In this document: in pieces, positions 50,278-60,299 of the stretch
Layout of the letters: the number at the start of each line of letters is the position of its first letter
Position numbering within the stretch: the stretch's first letter is position 1
Assembly: GCA_045631885.1 (NCBI GenBank)
Contig: JAZQVN010000013.1
Coordinates: 21,242-85,241 of the forward strand
DNA length: 64,000 nt
DNA from: Bacilli bacterium
GTDB lineage: Bacteria; Bacillota_I; Bacilli_A; RFN20; CAG-826
Direction of reading: 5' to 3'
Notes under the pieces: generated by a model
Told to the model about the DNA's origin: nothing
Seen by the model: only the letters and a program-made list of their open reading frames with translations
The model's database searches: none
Made by a program: the position numbers and the translations under genes

Positions 50278-53200
50278 TTAATTCACCGCCTGTAACAAGA
50301 AACTGATGTTATTGCTTAAATATCCAGCACTAACAAAATTGGTATATGATCCATTATACGGAGACGCTGTTGGCAAATAGTCAATTAAAATATATGCATA
50401 GTAAACATTGTTGTATGTTGAAATTGTTTCTAAAGCGCTGTGGTTAGTTATTATTTCATTATTACTCAACGCCAAATAAGTTGCGCTTGGAGAAGCCACG
50501 TCGTTTTGAACTTGATCGCGAACAATGTTGTAACAACTTATGCCTAATTCAGTATCGCTAACGTATAAAGAAGCACCCATAAATTCAGATAAGTTTCCAA
50601 AGGTTGCTTTTAACTGCACGCTCGCTGGATAGTTGCTTCTAAATGTAAATGGAACTTCAATAATTAAGGAAGTTTTTTGTGCCCAAATATTATTGATAGT
50701 ATCAGCTCTAGAAGTGTTGAGAGGATTCAATTTGAAATCAATACTTGTGTCGTATTCTTGAATGTCAATGGTTCCGCTTGTAACGGTAATTGAGAAATAT
50801 CCAGTGGTCTTAAATCTAATAACCGCACTCTCGCTGCCCGCGCCGAATTCAGCATAACTATTTGATCTCGCGGTCAAGGTTGTATAAAGTGTATCAACTG
50901 CGTCTAAATAAGAACGGATGAATATTTTACTGCCTTCTGCGGCATAGTAACCATCATATGCGGCATAAACTTTTGATCCTGAATTCATTTTCTTTCCATC
51001 TAAGAAATTGTTTACTCCCCTGCTGGAATTATACGGCATAATATAGTAACCATTTCCTAATTGTGGAACCATTGCAACAGATATTTCATCAGAAGTCGTT
51101 AAGTAGAAATTAAATCTTGCATCACAAGTCACTTTTAAAGTACCACCGTCATTTTCTAAATAAGTTGTTGGAATATCACCTGCATATTGTCCTGCGCTAT
51201 ATGTTTCATCGATGTCTCCGTCATTGTCTGTATCTACCTTAATAGCAACAGATTGTCCAGCTGTTAATTCTACGCCGTGTTCATAAACAAATTTATTGTA
51301 TGTATCGATGTCTCCATAATGCATTTCAATTCTAGTACCAGCGTTGTTGTTGATATAAATATATGCGGTTCCTACACTGGTTGTCGCCTTGGGGCTATCC
51401 CAATCCCAATCAACTTTTCCATCGGTATTTGTGCTCTTTAAAAGCAGCAATCCACCATCGTTGATGGTTGTGATATCAGTTGTTTGTGTTTGTGAATATC
51501 CGTAAGTACCATTATCGACAATTAAACCGGTTGCGGAATACGGAATAGACACTTTATATAAATTATTGCTGACTTTACTAGCGGTTATTTCACCATGAGA
51601 ACCGCTTCCACTTGAAAATCCATCTCCCCATCCGTGAATGTAAATATTTGAATTCCAAGAACGAGCTTGGGTATCGATATGGAATGTTTTTTGTCCAACA
51701 GAAATATATTTCACATACAAAGTTCTAGTGGCTGGAGCAGAAGCAGAATAAGGTGTTGTACAAGCTTCATTTGTATAATAAGTACCATCACATGTGAAAT
51801 GCGTCCATGTACCAGCATCAATCCATTCATAAGATGAACTTGGCGATGCTCCACCCGGTGTATAAGTTGCATCAGTGGCATAGGCCGTATCCCAGTTGTT
51901 TATAACATCATCTGATTTTGATGAAGCAGAACCATCATAATTGAAATATTTTTTGACCAATTTGACAGCATATTCCGTTGGTTTATATCTAGCATAAATC
52001 GTTCTTGCGGTGCTATATGTTTGCGGCCAAGAATTAATAAGACTTCCACCGGTTTCAGCAGTATACCATCCCATAAATGTATAATTTGTTACTGTTCCCG
52101 GATCGGTTGGAGTGAACGAAAAACTGTTAGTCGGATAAGATTGTTCGGTTCTTAAAGTTGAAGATGTATTCTTGGTGGTTCCACCTTTATTCATTAAAAC
52201 TCTAACTTCAGTGATATCAACCCCGGTTTCCGTATATTTTGCATATAATGTTAAATCTGCAGATACTGTTGTTGAAGATCCTGGGGAAGTACCATATGGG
52301 GTGGTACATTCTGGATTTGTGAACCAACCAGTAACTGAATAACCAGATTCAGATGGTAAAGCTTTAATTGTAAACGATTCATTGTAATAAGGATTTTGTG
52401 TTAAAGAAGGCAATGATGTCGGACTACTAACTGTATCCGTTCCATCGCCATTGAAATAAACTTTCTTGTAAGAAACAGTATATTGTTTCGGACCATAAAC
52501 AGCATAAATGGTTCTATCTGACGATGAAATGAAGTTTGCAGAAATAGATGTTAATGAGTCACTAAAAGTATTTGAACCAGTAAGAGTGGTATAATAGGCG
52601 GTAAAATTGTAATTTGCTGTACTTGGTGACAGCGCATTTCTCCATGCATTTAAAGCTGCGGTGGTAGCGGTAGTTCTCGTACTTGCTTTATAGTTCTGAT
52701 TGTTACCAAAACTTTGTTTAACGCCGCTAGAATTAGCATACGCAATTTTAATATTTATATTGTATTCTTTTTCCGCAACCGTTACATAAAGCGTCGTTGC
52801 GGCTATAATGTGTGTTCCGTTTGTGTAATTTGAACCAGTAAAACTGGTTGTTTTCCATGTTAAACCTGTATATGTATTGCCTTCAACAGTAATTGAACTT
52901 GGCGCAGTATACTCTGAATTGTATGATACTTTAACATCATCATAATTAGTTCCGGAAGTATAGTTTGTAGTTGGGCTTGTTCCTGTATAGGTTTTATATG
53001 AAAATCTATACATCAATGTGACGGTAACCGCCACATAGACATATATTTTTCCAGAAGAGTTCACGTACACATCTAAAACACAAGTTTTTAGAACTTTAAC
53101 ATTTTGTCCTTGTCCATCACCCGTTGCGGAATCGGAGTCATTAGTTCCTCCATAGCCATAATATCCATATTCATCGCTTTGTGTGTGACCAGTATCTATT

Positions 53201-54489
53201 TCACCATATGCGTTATAATACACGATTTTAAATTCTATTGGGGTGTTGTTGTTCGTGAGCGTGAAAGTAATGCCAACCTTTTTGGCTAAATCTCCCCCAC
53301 TAGGTGTGCCATCGACCTTTAAAGCGCCTGAAACAGACCAATCTAAAGTAGTTTCGTTTGCCGTTCCTCCAGATCCAATGATGTAATATCCTGGATCAGC
53401 GTGGAGTTTAACTGTCGGCGCAGCAGCACTAGAAGATGAAGGAAAAACCCATTTACCTTTAATATCATTAACCGTTAAATCTGCCGTTTTGAATGTCCAG
53501 TCATAATTTCCGTCATTTCCGTTGCTATCGCCAACAATGATAAGATTTGGATAGGTTGTTCTGACTGTTATCTCGAAGTCGTTATTAAAATTGCCGCTGT
53601 TATCCCAGCCATCCCAGCCATTATAACTCACCCATTCAGAATAAGTTCCGTTTCCAAACCAATATAACCAAAGTCTATTTAAACCTTTGCCGTTCCAATT
53701 GCTAGCGTTGACGTATATTTTTGATTCATCACCATTAAGAGCAGTTCTTTTTGAATTGTTTAAATGGATGCTGGATGAATTATTTGTATCACGAACTCTT
53801 GATCTATGATCAACTGTGCTTGTTGGCGTTTCAAAAGTCAAACTGCTCTCTGACAAATCAAACCACACACGATAAGTACCAGCATTAGCTACAATAACAT
53901 CACCTGTATATATACTTGCAGCGCTTTCTTCTCTTGTAGCTCCACTACTATTGGCAATAACACTATTAATAGGAACTTGCTCATTAACAGTATGAACACC
54001 TCCAGTATTATCGAAGGTGTATTTCATTACTCTGACTTTTTGGTCACTAGTAAAACTAACATCTGCATAATATGACTTATCAGAGGTGTTATATTCAATT
54101 AATTTAAAGCTGTTGTCATCATCATATTTAAAACCATTATCATGGAATTTAACGAGATAATATCCAATTCCATCTTCAGGAACGTTGAAGTCTCTATCAA
54201 CAGCATCTAAATCGTTATTTGTGCCAACAATATTTTCCGCAGCAAATTTACTTACTGTAGAGGAATTGTAATCAACTTGTCCATCTGAACCCAAAGTTTG
54301 TTTAATTTTGTATCCATACACATTATTCTGATTAATTTCAATCCCTGGATTATCAGCGGTAATGGATGTTTTTAACGGTTGAGAATCAATTTGGAACCAC
54401 GCAAAAGTTGAAACGCTCGCACACAAAACACCCAACAGTGATGTTGCCAATGTTAGATATAACGTTGTCTTCTTTTTTAGTGCTCTCAT
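50278..54489 (-). CDS. Giant (1403 aa) secreted protein with a TasA/camelysin-like N-terminal module with a SipW-cognate signal, Thr/Ser/Tyr/Asn-rich repeats and Listeria-Bacteroides (Flg_new) repeats
   Basis: The N-terminus is ..SVSTFAWFQIDSQ.. (compare TasA GGTWAAFND and CalY GGGTFAFFSD). Flg_new-type repeats ..SGYSVTGWFTNPECTTPYG...LTLYAKY are present. Confidence 0.6.
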   Translation of the reverse strand: MRALKKKTTLYLTLATSLLGVLCASVSTFAWFQIDSQPLKTSITADNPGIEINQNNVYGYKIKQTLGSDGQVDYNSSTVSKFAAENIVGTNNDLDAVDRDFNVPEDGIGYYLVKFHDNGFKYDDDNSFKLIEYNTSDKSYYADVSFTSDQKVRVMKYTFDNTGGVHTVNEQVPINSVIANSSGATREESAASIYTGDVIVANAGTYRVWFDLSESSLTFETPTSTVDHRSRVRDTNNSSSIHLNNSKRTALNGDESKIYVNASNWNGKGLNRLWLYWFGNGTYSEWVSYNGWDGWDNSGNFNNDFEITVRTTYPNLIIVGDSNGNDGNYDWTFKTADLTVNDIKGKWVFPSSSSAAAPTVKLHADPGYYIIGSGGTANETTLDWSVSGALKVDGTPSGGDLAKKVGITFTLTNNNTPIEFKIVYYNAYGEIDTGHTQSDEYGYYGYGGTNDSDSATGDGQGQNVKVLKTCVLDVYVNSSGKIYVYVAVTVTLMYRFSYKTYTGTSPTTNYTSGTNYDDVKVSYNSEYTAPSSITVEGNTYTGLTWKTTSFTGSNYTNGTHIIAATTLYVTVAEKEYNINIKIAYANSSGVKQSFGNNQNYKASTRTTATTAALNAWRNALSPSTANYNFTAYYTTLTGSNTFSDSLTSISANFISSSDRTIYAVYGPKQYTVSYKKVYFNGDGTDTVSSPTSLPSLTQNPYYNESFTIKALPSESGYSVTGWFTNPECTTPYGTSPGSSTTVSADLTLYAKYTETGVDITEVRVLMNKGGTTKNTSSTLRTEQSYPTNSFSFTPTDPGTVTNYTFMGWYTAETGGSLINSWPQTYSTARTIYARYKPTEYAVKLVKKYFNYDGSASSKSDDVINNWDTAYATDATYTPGGASPSSSYEWIDAGTWTHFTCDGTYYTNEACTTPYSASAPATRTLYVKYISVGQKTFHIDTQARSWNSNIYIHGWGDGFSSGSGSHGEITASKVSNNLYKVSIPYSATGLIVDNGTYGYSQTQTTDITTINDGGLLLLKSTNTDGKVDWDWDSPKATTSVGTAYIYINNNAGTRIEMHYGDIDTYNKFVYEHGVELTAGQSVAIKVDTDNDGDIDETYSAGQYAGDIPTTYLENDGGTLKVTCDARFNFYLTTSDEISVAMVPQLGNGYYIMPYNSSRGVNNFLDGKKMNSGSKVYAAYDGYYAAEGSKIFIRSYLDAVDTLYTTLTARSNSYAEFGAGSESAVIRFKTTGYFSITVTSGTIDIQEYDTSIDFKLNPLNTSRADTINNIWAQKTSLIIEVPFTFRSNYPASVQLKATFGNLSEFMGASLYVSDTELGISCYNIVRDQVQNDVASPSATYLALSNNEIITNHSALETISTYNNVYYAYILIDYLPTASPYNGSYTNFVSAGYLSNNISFLLQAVN

Positions 54490-54494
54490 ATTAA

Positions 54495-55379
54495 TTAAAA
54501 TTCCAAAGTTAATTCATTTAATTGAAATTGCAACCCAGCATAACAATTTGAGTTATATAATTTGTCGTTGTTGTCTCCGCTTGAATAATGATGAAAATAT
54601 CGTCCAGCCGCAGTATCTGCTTGTGGTGAATAATAATCCTCTGTTCCTCCAGAATTCGTTTCTTTAAACCAAGTGGAAGAGGCATTTGTGAAATAAACCG
54701 CATAAAACAACGTGGAAGAGGCATTTGGTGCAGCTCCAGTAAAAATTGTTTTTTGAGTGGAAAGAGTGATGATGTTCCCATCTGGCGTTCCTGGCAAGAA
54801 TGAAGATTTTAGAGTTCCAACAGTGAAGTTAAATTGATCTTGGGCAGAAAGAGATGCAGGATTGTTCACCATTGCGTTGTACGCACCGTTTTCGCTTGAT
54901 GTTGCCACTGCACTTGTATAAATATCCATGGCCCATCCAATGTTGATATCTCTATTGGAATAATCAACCGCTCTTCTGACTTGACCAGAAACTTGATCGC
55001 TATGAGTATTTGATGTAATTCTTTTAATTTTCAAATCTATGTTGCTGTCACATCCGGTCATTTTTACAGCGAAAACCATAACCTTACCAGGATACATTGC
55101 TGATAAGTTTGTTTTATCAGCTAACAATTCAGAGGTTGTGATAGCGTCAAAATCAGAACTAAATGTGCCTGTGTATGTGTGACTGGCTTTATTGCCTTTA
55201 TAGGCATAAAACATATAGTCATCTGGTTTTGTAACCGTAATTGTCGTAGATGTAGGTGCTGCAGTTATGGTGACATTTGCGTTAGCCTGGAACCAAGCGT
55301 ATGTCGAAACACCCGCTGTTGTAATAGCGAGTAAACCGATCATGACACTGGTGATTAATCCGGCTCTACCTTTTCCCAT
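54495..55379 (-). CDS. TasA/camelysin (Peptidase_M73)-like secreted protein with a SipW-cognate signal peptide
   Basis: The N-terminus is ..LAITTAGVSTYAWFQANANVTIT... It is 294 aa, similar in size to TasA/CalY. Confidence 0.55.
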   Translation of the reverse strand: MGKGRAGLITSVMIGLLAITTAGVSTYAWFQANANVTITAAPTSTTITVTKPDDYMFYAYKGNKASHTYTGTFSSDFDAITTSELLADKTNLSAMYPGKVMVFAVKMTGCDSNIDLKIKRITSNTHSDQVSGQVRRAVDYSNRDINIGWAMDIYTSAVATSSENGAYNAMVNNPASLSAQDQFNFTVGTLKSSFLPGTPDGNIITLSTQKTIFTGAAPNASSTLFYAVYFTNASSTWFKETNSGGTEDYYSPQADTAAGRYFHHYSSGDNNDKLYNSNCYAGLQFQLNELTLEF

Positions 55380-55391
55380 ACGGCCCCTTTC

Positions 55392-57854
55392 CTAGAATAC
55401 AAATCTTGCTCCTGTAATTAGGTCTTGATATTTTTCTTCAATTAAGATTGGCTTATCATCATGGATGATAGAGTTAATCTTATTTTGATAACTCTTATCA
55501 CTGGCCAATCTTCTTCCATCAATTCTGATATAGACGAATCTAGAGGTATCAAAGTTATATGTACCACTATCATTCGCGTCTAAAGCGATATTAAAGCCTA
55601 AATCTAAGGCGTAATTGACCGCTTCTAAGTGATTGATGATGTCTCTTTCTTTCGCTTCAAATATCACTCGATTGAGAGGGATATGCTTGCTTTCAAAGAA
55701 ACCAATCAATGTATCGAATAATTGTTTGTCTAATCCTTCTTTACCAATTGATGTAACATATATCGTTTCATTTTCATAATTGAAGGATCTGACGAATTTA
55801 TCCATGAAGGTGATATATTTCTTATCAATCTTCACATACAAACTGATTTGATCATCTGGGATGTGATTATGGTTTTCATCTAAGAAACGATAACCGACGA
55901 ACGCCATTTTGTATTTATTCTCTAAGTCTTTAATACGGAAATATGAAACTGGGATTTCATTATTCTTGAAGGCTTCTTCAACGATATCCATATAATGGAG
56001 ATGGTCATCAATCGGGGTTGGTGCTTCATCAACACGGTATAACATGCCTTTCTTCGTCACTCTCATGAATAAGGTTCTACTTAATGAATCTAATGAGAAT
56101 AATGTATTAACTTCTAATGGGTAACTTAATAAGATAACCTTTGGTAAGAAGTGGAAGGCTGTATCGTTTAATTCAAATGTTTCTAAGAAGGCTCTTGAAA
56201 CTGCTTTGGCGATTCTAATTGCTTCCGCCATTGAGGCGTATTTTAAGATATAGACGAATTCATCGACATCTTTACGATATAAGCTATCAGTTAAGCCATA
56301 GACTTCTAAGCCTTCAACAATCTTATTAACGATTCCTTCGTTATCTAATTTGTATTTGCTCGCTAATTGAGTCAATGAGTCAATCTTGAAGATGACTAAA
56401 TAACCCTTCGCATTCGCGTTAGATAATAAGCCTAATAATCTTTCGTTTAATGCTTTTCTATCATTAATAAATGGTTTCTTTTCATTTAATAAGTAGATTG
56501 TGTTCTTGTTATTATCCGCTTCCACGACTCTCTTATATAAGTTAGAAGACAACATATATGTTTTGGTGTTTTCTTGTTTTAATGGACAATCTTTACATGG
56601 AGATTCTCTATCATATAAAGTTTCATAACAATATGAACCCACTAGTTTGTTGGAGTATCTTTCATTTAACTTTCTAGAAGCGTGAGTGACGATATAATCT
56701 TCATCAACTTCATAAGATAACGAATCATGTAATTCTTCTAATCTATTAAATCTAGATTCCGCTTCTTCGACTTTCATCTTATCGATTTCAATTAAGACTA
56801 AGTTATTTAACATCGCGATCACTTTATTGAGTTTATAAAGTAAGCGAGGTGTGACTGGCACTTCTTCGTGTTCATTGGCGAATACGACATGAGCTTGTTT
56901 GCCCATATATTTAATTCCGGATAGTTTTAACCATGTCTTAAATTCTCTATCTTCGATTTCAGAAATTAATAATGCACCTTTATAGTTAACAATACGTAAA
57001 TATTCTTCATCGACGAGGACCGCCATATGGGTGAATGGGAGATATGGGAAGATATCGATTAAGTAATCTTCTATTAAGTTATCTTTAGATAAATCAATGT
57101 CTTTATATTTGTTGATGACATTGATAAAGACTTCTTTTTCACTATTTCTATCGTAGATCAAAAGTCTTTCTTCATCTTGATTTTGTTCTTGATTAATTAA
57201 TTCAAGAATTTCATCTAATGAATATTCGTCATAATAGAATAATTTAATAGAGCATTCTTTTCTTTCTTCCACGAATTTACGGAGATAATCTTCTAATTCG
57301 CTCTTATCAAAAGTATCGAGCACTAAATCAAAGCTCTTTTCATTTTGTCCAATGAAGCAATTTGGATATTTATCAACGATTCGTTCTAATGTTCTTTCTT
57401 TGACACCATTGATACGGAGGATCGCGCATTTCTCTAATCCGGATTTAATAATATATTTTCTTAATAACACGAAGAATTCATTTCCATCGTATAAAGTGGA
57501 ATATTCTAATGTGGTGTCATTAATGACAATATCATTAACCACACTAGCGATTTCTTTTAATCCTTCATCACCAGAATTAGTGTTGGCGATTAATAATTGG
57601 TTATGTTGATATTTCTTTAAAGATTTAACGATATTCTCTTTATCAATTTCTAAAGCTTTCTCTTTATCTTTTCTAGAAACATTCATCGCGATATAGAAAC
57701 CGCACATACCGAGTAGGAAAATCACGCTTAAAGCGATGAATAAGATTAATAAATCTTTCATCACAATAGCCATCACTAAAGAAGCAATGGATAAGGCTAA
57801 AAAGATAACCATCCACACGAAGTAAACATTATTTTGTTTATTTTTCTTCTTCAT
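55392..57854 (-). CDS. Membrane-anchored protein with a degenerate GGDEF domain followed by a degenerate EAL domain (c-di-GMP receptor/regulator-like)
   Basis: It has two N-terminal TMs. The GGDEF-like region ..YLVIFKIDSLTQLASKYKLDNEGIVN...YRKDVDEFVYIL..SMAEAIRIAKAV has KDVDEF in place of GGDEF. The EAL-like C-terminus has ..NIALDANDSGTYNFDTSRFVYIRIDGRR.. in place of IALDDFGTGYSSL..LKID. Confidence 0.55.
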   Translation of the reverse strand: MKKKNKQNNVYFVWMVIFLALSIASLVMAIVMKDLLILFIALSVIFLLGMCGFYIAMNVSRKDKEKALEIDKENIVKSLKKYQHNQLLIANTNSGDEGLKEIASVVNDIVINDTTLEYSTLYDGNEFFVLLRKYIIKSGLEKCAILRINGVKERTLERIVDKYPNCFIGQNEKSFDLVLDTFDKSELEDYLRKFVEERKECSIKLFYYDEYSLDEILELINQEQNQDEERLLIYDRNSEKEVFINVINKYKDIDLSKDNLIEDYLIDIFPYLPFTHMAVLVDEEYLRIVNYKGALLISEIEDREFKTWLKLSGIKYMGKQAHVVFANEHEEVPVTPRLLYKLNKVIAMLNNLVLIEIDKMKVEEAESRFNRLEELHDSLSYEVDEDYIVTHASRKLNERYSNKLVGSYCYETLYDRESPCKDCPLKQENTKTYMLSSNLYKRVVEADNNKNTIYLLNEKKPFINDRKALNERLLGLLSNANAKGYLVIFKIDSLTQLASKYKLDNEGIVNKIVEGLEVYGLTDSLYRKDVDEFVYILKYASMAEAIRIAKAVSRAFLETFELNDTAFHFLPKVILLSYPLEVNTLFSLDSLSRTLFMRVTKKGMLYRVDEAPTPIDDHLHYMDIVEEAFKNNEIPVSYFRIKDLENKYKMAFVGYRFLDENHNHIPDDQISLYVKIDKKYITFMDKFVRSFNYENETIYVTSIGKEGLDKQLFDTLIGFFESKHIPLNRVIFEAKERDIINHLEAVNYALDLGFNIALDANDSGTYNFDTSRFVYIRIDGRRLASDKSYQNKINSIIHDDKPILIEEKYQDLITGARFVF

Positions 57855-58080
57855 TTGTTTTTCCTTTCGTATTTATAAAGAGATGAAACTTATTGATAAG
57901 AAATATCGTAATAATTGCTAATAAGGTGAACACTGCGAGGAATAGATAAGATAGAATAGCGAGTAAATTATCTGAGCGGTTGAGGAATAAGATGAATGAT
58001 GTGATTGATGTTCCGAGTAATATTCCTAATAAGAGGAATAAGGGGAACAATATCATCTTGCTTTTGTTCTTATTTTCCAT
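57838..58080 (-). CDS. Small two-TM membrane protein
   Basis: It is an 80-aa hydrophobic ORF overlapping both neighbours. It may be translationally coupled. Confidence 0.4.
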   Translation of the reverse strand: MENKNKSKMILFPLFLLLGILLGTSITSFILFLNRSDNLLAILSYLFLAVFTLLAIITIFLINKFHLFINTKGKTNEEEK

Positions 58081-58912
58081 CTTTTTCCTTTTCGATTTGT
58101 TTACGGATTCTCGCTTTTATCTTTTCTTTTTCTTCTTGATACTCGATTCTTAATTCTTCTTTCATTCTGAATAGCTCAACCGCTTCTTCATCATTTAAGT
58201 CAATACCAGAATTCTTTAACGCTTCATCAATCCTCGCATTCAAAGCTTTTTCTTCTTTGTAATATTTGATGAATGCATCAGCGATGTAATATATCGCAAG
58301 TATCACAATTGGGGAGACGATGGCCACCGGGAAGAACCATGCTTTCTTTCCCGCGGAGGCTGCGCTATCGGGGCTAGCGATAGTTAAGAAGGTACCAAAT
58401 CCGATTGAGTGGTAGATAACTTTTCCAATTAAGAGATCTTGGTTCCACACTTTATCTGGTTTTAAATTACCTCTAGTGTGTAAGTCTGGATTATCTCCTA
58501 ATGTTTGGAAATAATATTTACCTTCTTCTTGGTTATACTCACGAGCGATTAAGCGGTGAGTATCTGGAACATAAGTTGATCCTACTTGAAGAGCGAATGT
58601 GACGATATCGCCGTCTTTTTCATAATCAACTATGTTGCCTTCTTCGTCATAAATCGGTGTGGATAGTTTTAATGACTCATAATTAGTCACTTTTTCAATG
58701 ATGATGCCTGTCCCCGCTTTTAAGGAATCGGGATTATCTGGATCATTCATACTTTCTGTCGCGACATATAAGAATGATTTTCCAAATACGACTGGCACTC
58801 CATAATTGCCACCTTTTGAAACATTCATGGAGATTTGTACATAGAGAAGTAAGAAGATAATGCCCACTAAGAAGATATCAATTATATAAGATATAATCTT
58901 TTTCGCTTTCAT
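58070..58912 (-). CDS. sipW: Signal peptidase I, archaeal/eukaryotic type (S26B; SipW-like) with a C-terminal TM and a charged coiled-coil tail
   Basis: It has an N-terminal TM. The Ser box is ..ATESMNDP.. (compare SGSMEP), the His box is ..VPDTHRLIA.., and ..QTLGDNPD.. matches SipW TKGDNN. A second TM is followed by a KE-rich tail. Confidence 0.8.
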   Translation of the reverse strand: MKAKKIISYIIDIFLVGIIFLLLYVQISMNVSKGGNYGVPVVFGKSFLYVATESMNDPDNPDSLKAGTGIIIEKVTNYESLKLSTPIYDEEGNIVDYEKDGDIVTFALQVGSTYVPDTHRLIAREYNQEEGKYYFQTLGDNPDLHTRGNLKPDKVWNQDLLIGKVIYHSIGFGTFLTIASPDSAASAGKKAWFFPVAIVSPIVILAIYYIADAFIKYYKEEKALNARIDEALKNSGIDLNDEEAVELFRMKEELRIEYQEEKEKIKARIRKQIEKEKDGK

Positions 58913-58914
58913 AA

Positions 58915-60297
58915 TCAGTTCTTCTTAGTATTCTTTGGTTTCTTTTCTTTTTTCTCTTTGAGTTTTTCTAATTGGCTTTCTAAATCATCATTAGCCATTC
59001 TTAGTCTTTTAATTTCATTAATTAAAGTATCGATATCTTTCTTGACGCTTTCGATCATTCTCTTACGATGTTCCGCATCGCGATATGCGACTTCATCTTT
59101 ATCCTTAACAATCGCTTTGTGCACATTAACACGCGCGTCTTTTTGATTCTTTAACTTCTGATGTAATTTATCGTCTTTTAGACGAACTTGTTCGCTAGAT
59201 AATGGTAAGTGAATCTTATCTGTCTTTAAGGCTTCTGGATAAGCATCGAATAAGAATCTTGAATCCATATATGTTTCATCTTCTAATGTGAAGATCACTT
59301 GAGGAGTATATTTCTTTTCGATCTTTTCAGGGATTAATTCATCATTTACTTTATTCGTGTGAAGCGCGGATACACTCATCGCGATATAAGAATTGATTTC
59401 ATCTAAATATTCTTTGGAGAATTTTTGATTCACTTCAGTGATATCGTAACTAATACCTAATTCTTCATAATCTTCTAAGAAGCACCAGAATTCATAGGCT
59501 CGATGATAATCAGGGTTTTTCACTAACATATTCGTCATGTGAATTGGAGAAGTGACTTCTCTAGCCCCTTTCATCTGAGTCATAAACGGAGAAGCGAAAT
59601 ATCCAGAACATCTATTCTTTAATTCATTGAGTTTATTTAATAAGTAGTCGTTATGGTCTTTTTCACCATCATCATTAGATGGGATAGACACTTTGATTCT
59701 AGAATCAACTTCATAAGTGACATTACCAATAACAGTTTTGTTATGAATTAATAACAAATCGCTATCACGAGTTTCACCATGTTCAAGAACATAGTTATAT
59801 CTCTTTTGAATGAAAGATAAACATCTCTTAATGAGAGTCATAACAAATCTATTTTCATAAATCGCTGTATCTGTTTCCGCGTAGATTGTTAAGACTTTTT
59901 CTGGAATAACTTCGCCATTATCATCGATATCTTGAACAAATTGGCTATGAGTGGCGAAATGTCTAATTGATAAAGAGGAAACTCTTTTGGCTAATCCAAC
60001 TTGAACCAGTTCAGCTTGCTCTTTAATAAATGTTCTCGGGTTAGCGATAATCTTTTCAATCGCTTGTAAACCACCTTCTAATTGTTCAATAATCGAAGCA
60101 TCAAATTTCTTAGATTCGGTTCTTTGAGTTTGTCTGATGTAATTTTCTCCACCAGAAAGGACACCTTTTAATTTATCGAATTCCGCGTTCTTATTAACAT
60201 TTATGTTAACTTCGCGATAAGCCTTGCTGGCTTTTTCCATGTTTAAAGAGGTGGGGTTTAATCTAGATGAAACTGATGTCTTTTTACTTTTGGCCAT
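58915..60297 (-). CDS. Hypothetical partner protein of the McrB-like GTPase (possible McrC-like fold with no evident PD-(D/E)xK motif) and a C-terminal coiled coil
   Basis: It is 460 aa, starts 3 nt after the McrB-like gene and ends 3 nt before sipW. The segment ..AIYENRFVMTLIKRCLSFIQ.. faintly resembles the McrC N-terminal motif. Confidence 0.35.
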   Translation of the reverse strand: MAKSKKTSVSSRLNPTSLNMEKASKAYREVNINVNKNAEFDKLKGVLSGGENYIRQTQRTESKKFDASIIEQLEGGLQAIEKIIANPRTFIKEQAELVQVGLAKRVSSLSIRHFATHSQFVQDIDDNGEVIPEKVLTIYAETDTAIYENRFVMTLIKRCLSFIQKRYNYVLEHGETRDSDLLLIHNKTVIGNVTYEVDSRIKVSIPSNDDGEKDHNDYLLNKLNELKNRCSGYFASPFMTQMKGAREVTSPIHMTNMLVKNPDYHRAYEFWCFLEDYEELGISYDITEVNQKFSKEYLDEINSYIAMSVSALHTNKVNDELIPEKIEKKYTPQVIFTLEDETYMDSRFLFDAYPEALKTDKIHLPLSSEQVRLKDDKLHQKLKNQKDARVNVHKAIVKDKDEVAYRDAEHRKRMIESVKKDIDTLINEIKRLRMANDDLESQLEKLKEKKEKKPKNTKKN

Positions 60298-60299
60298 AA

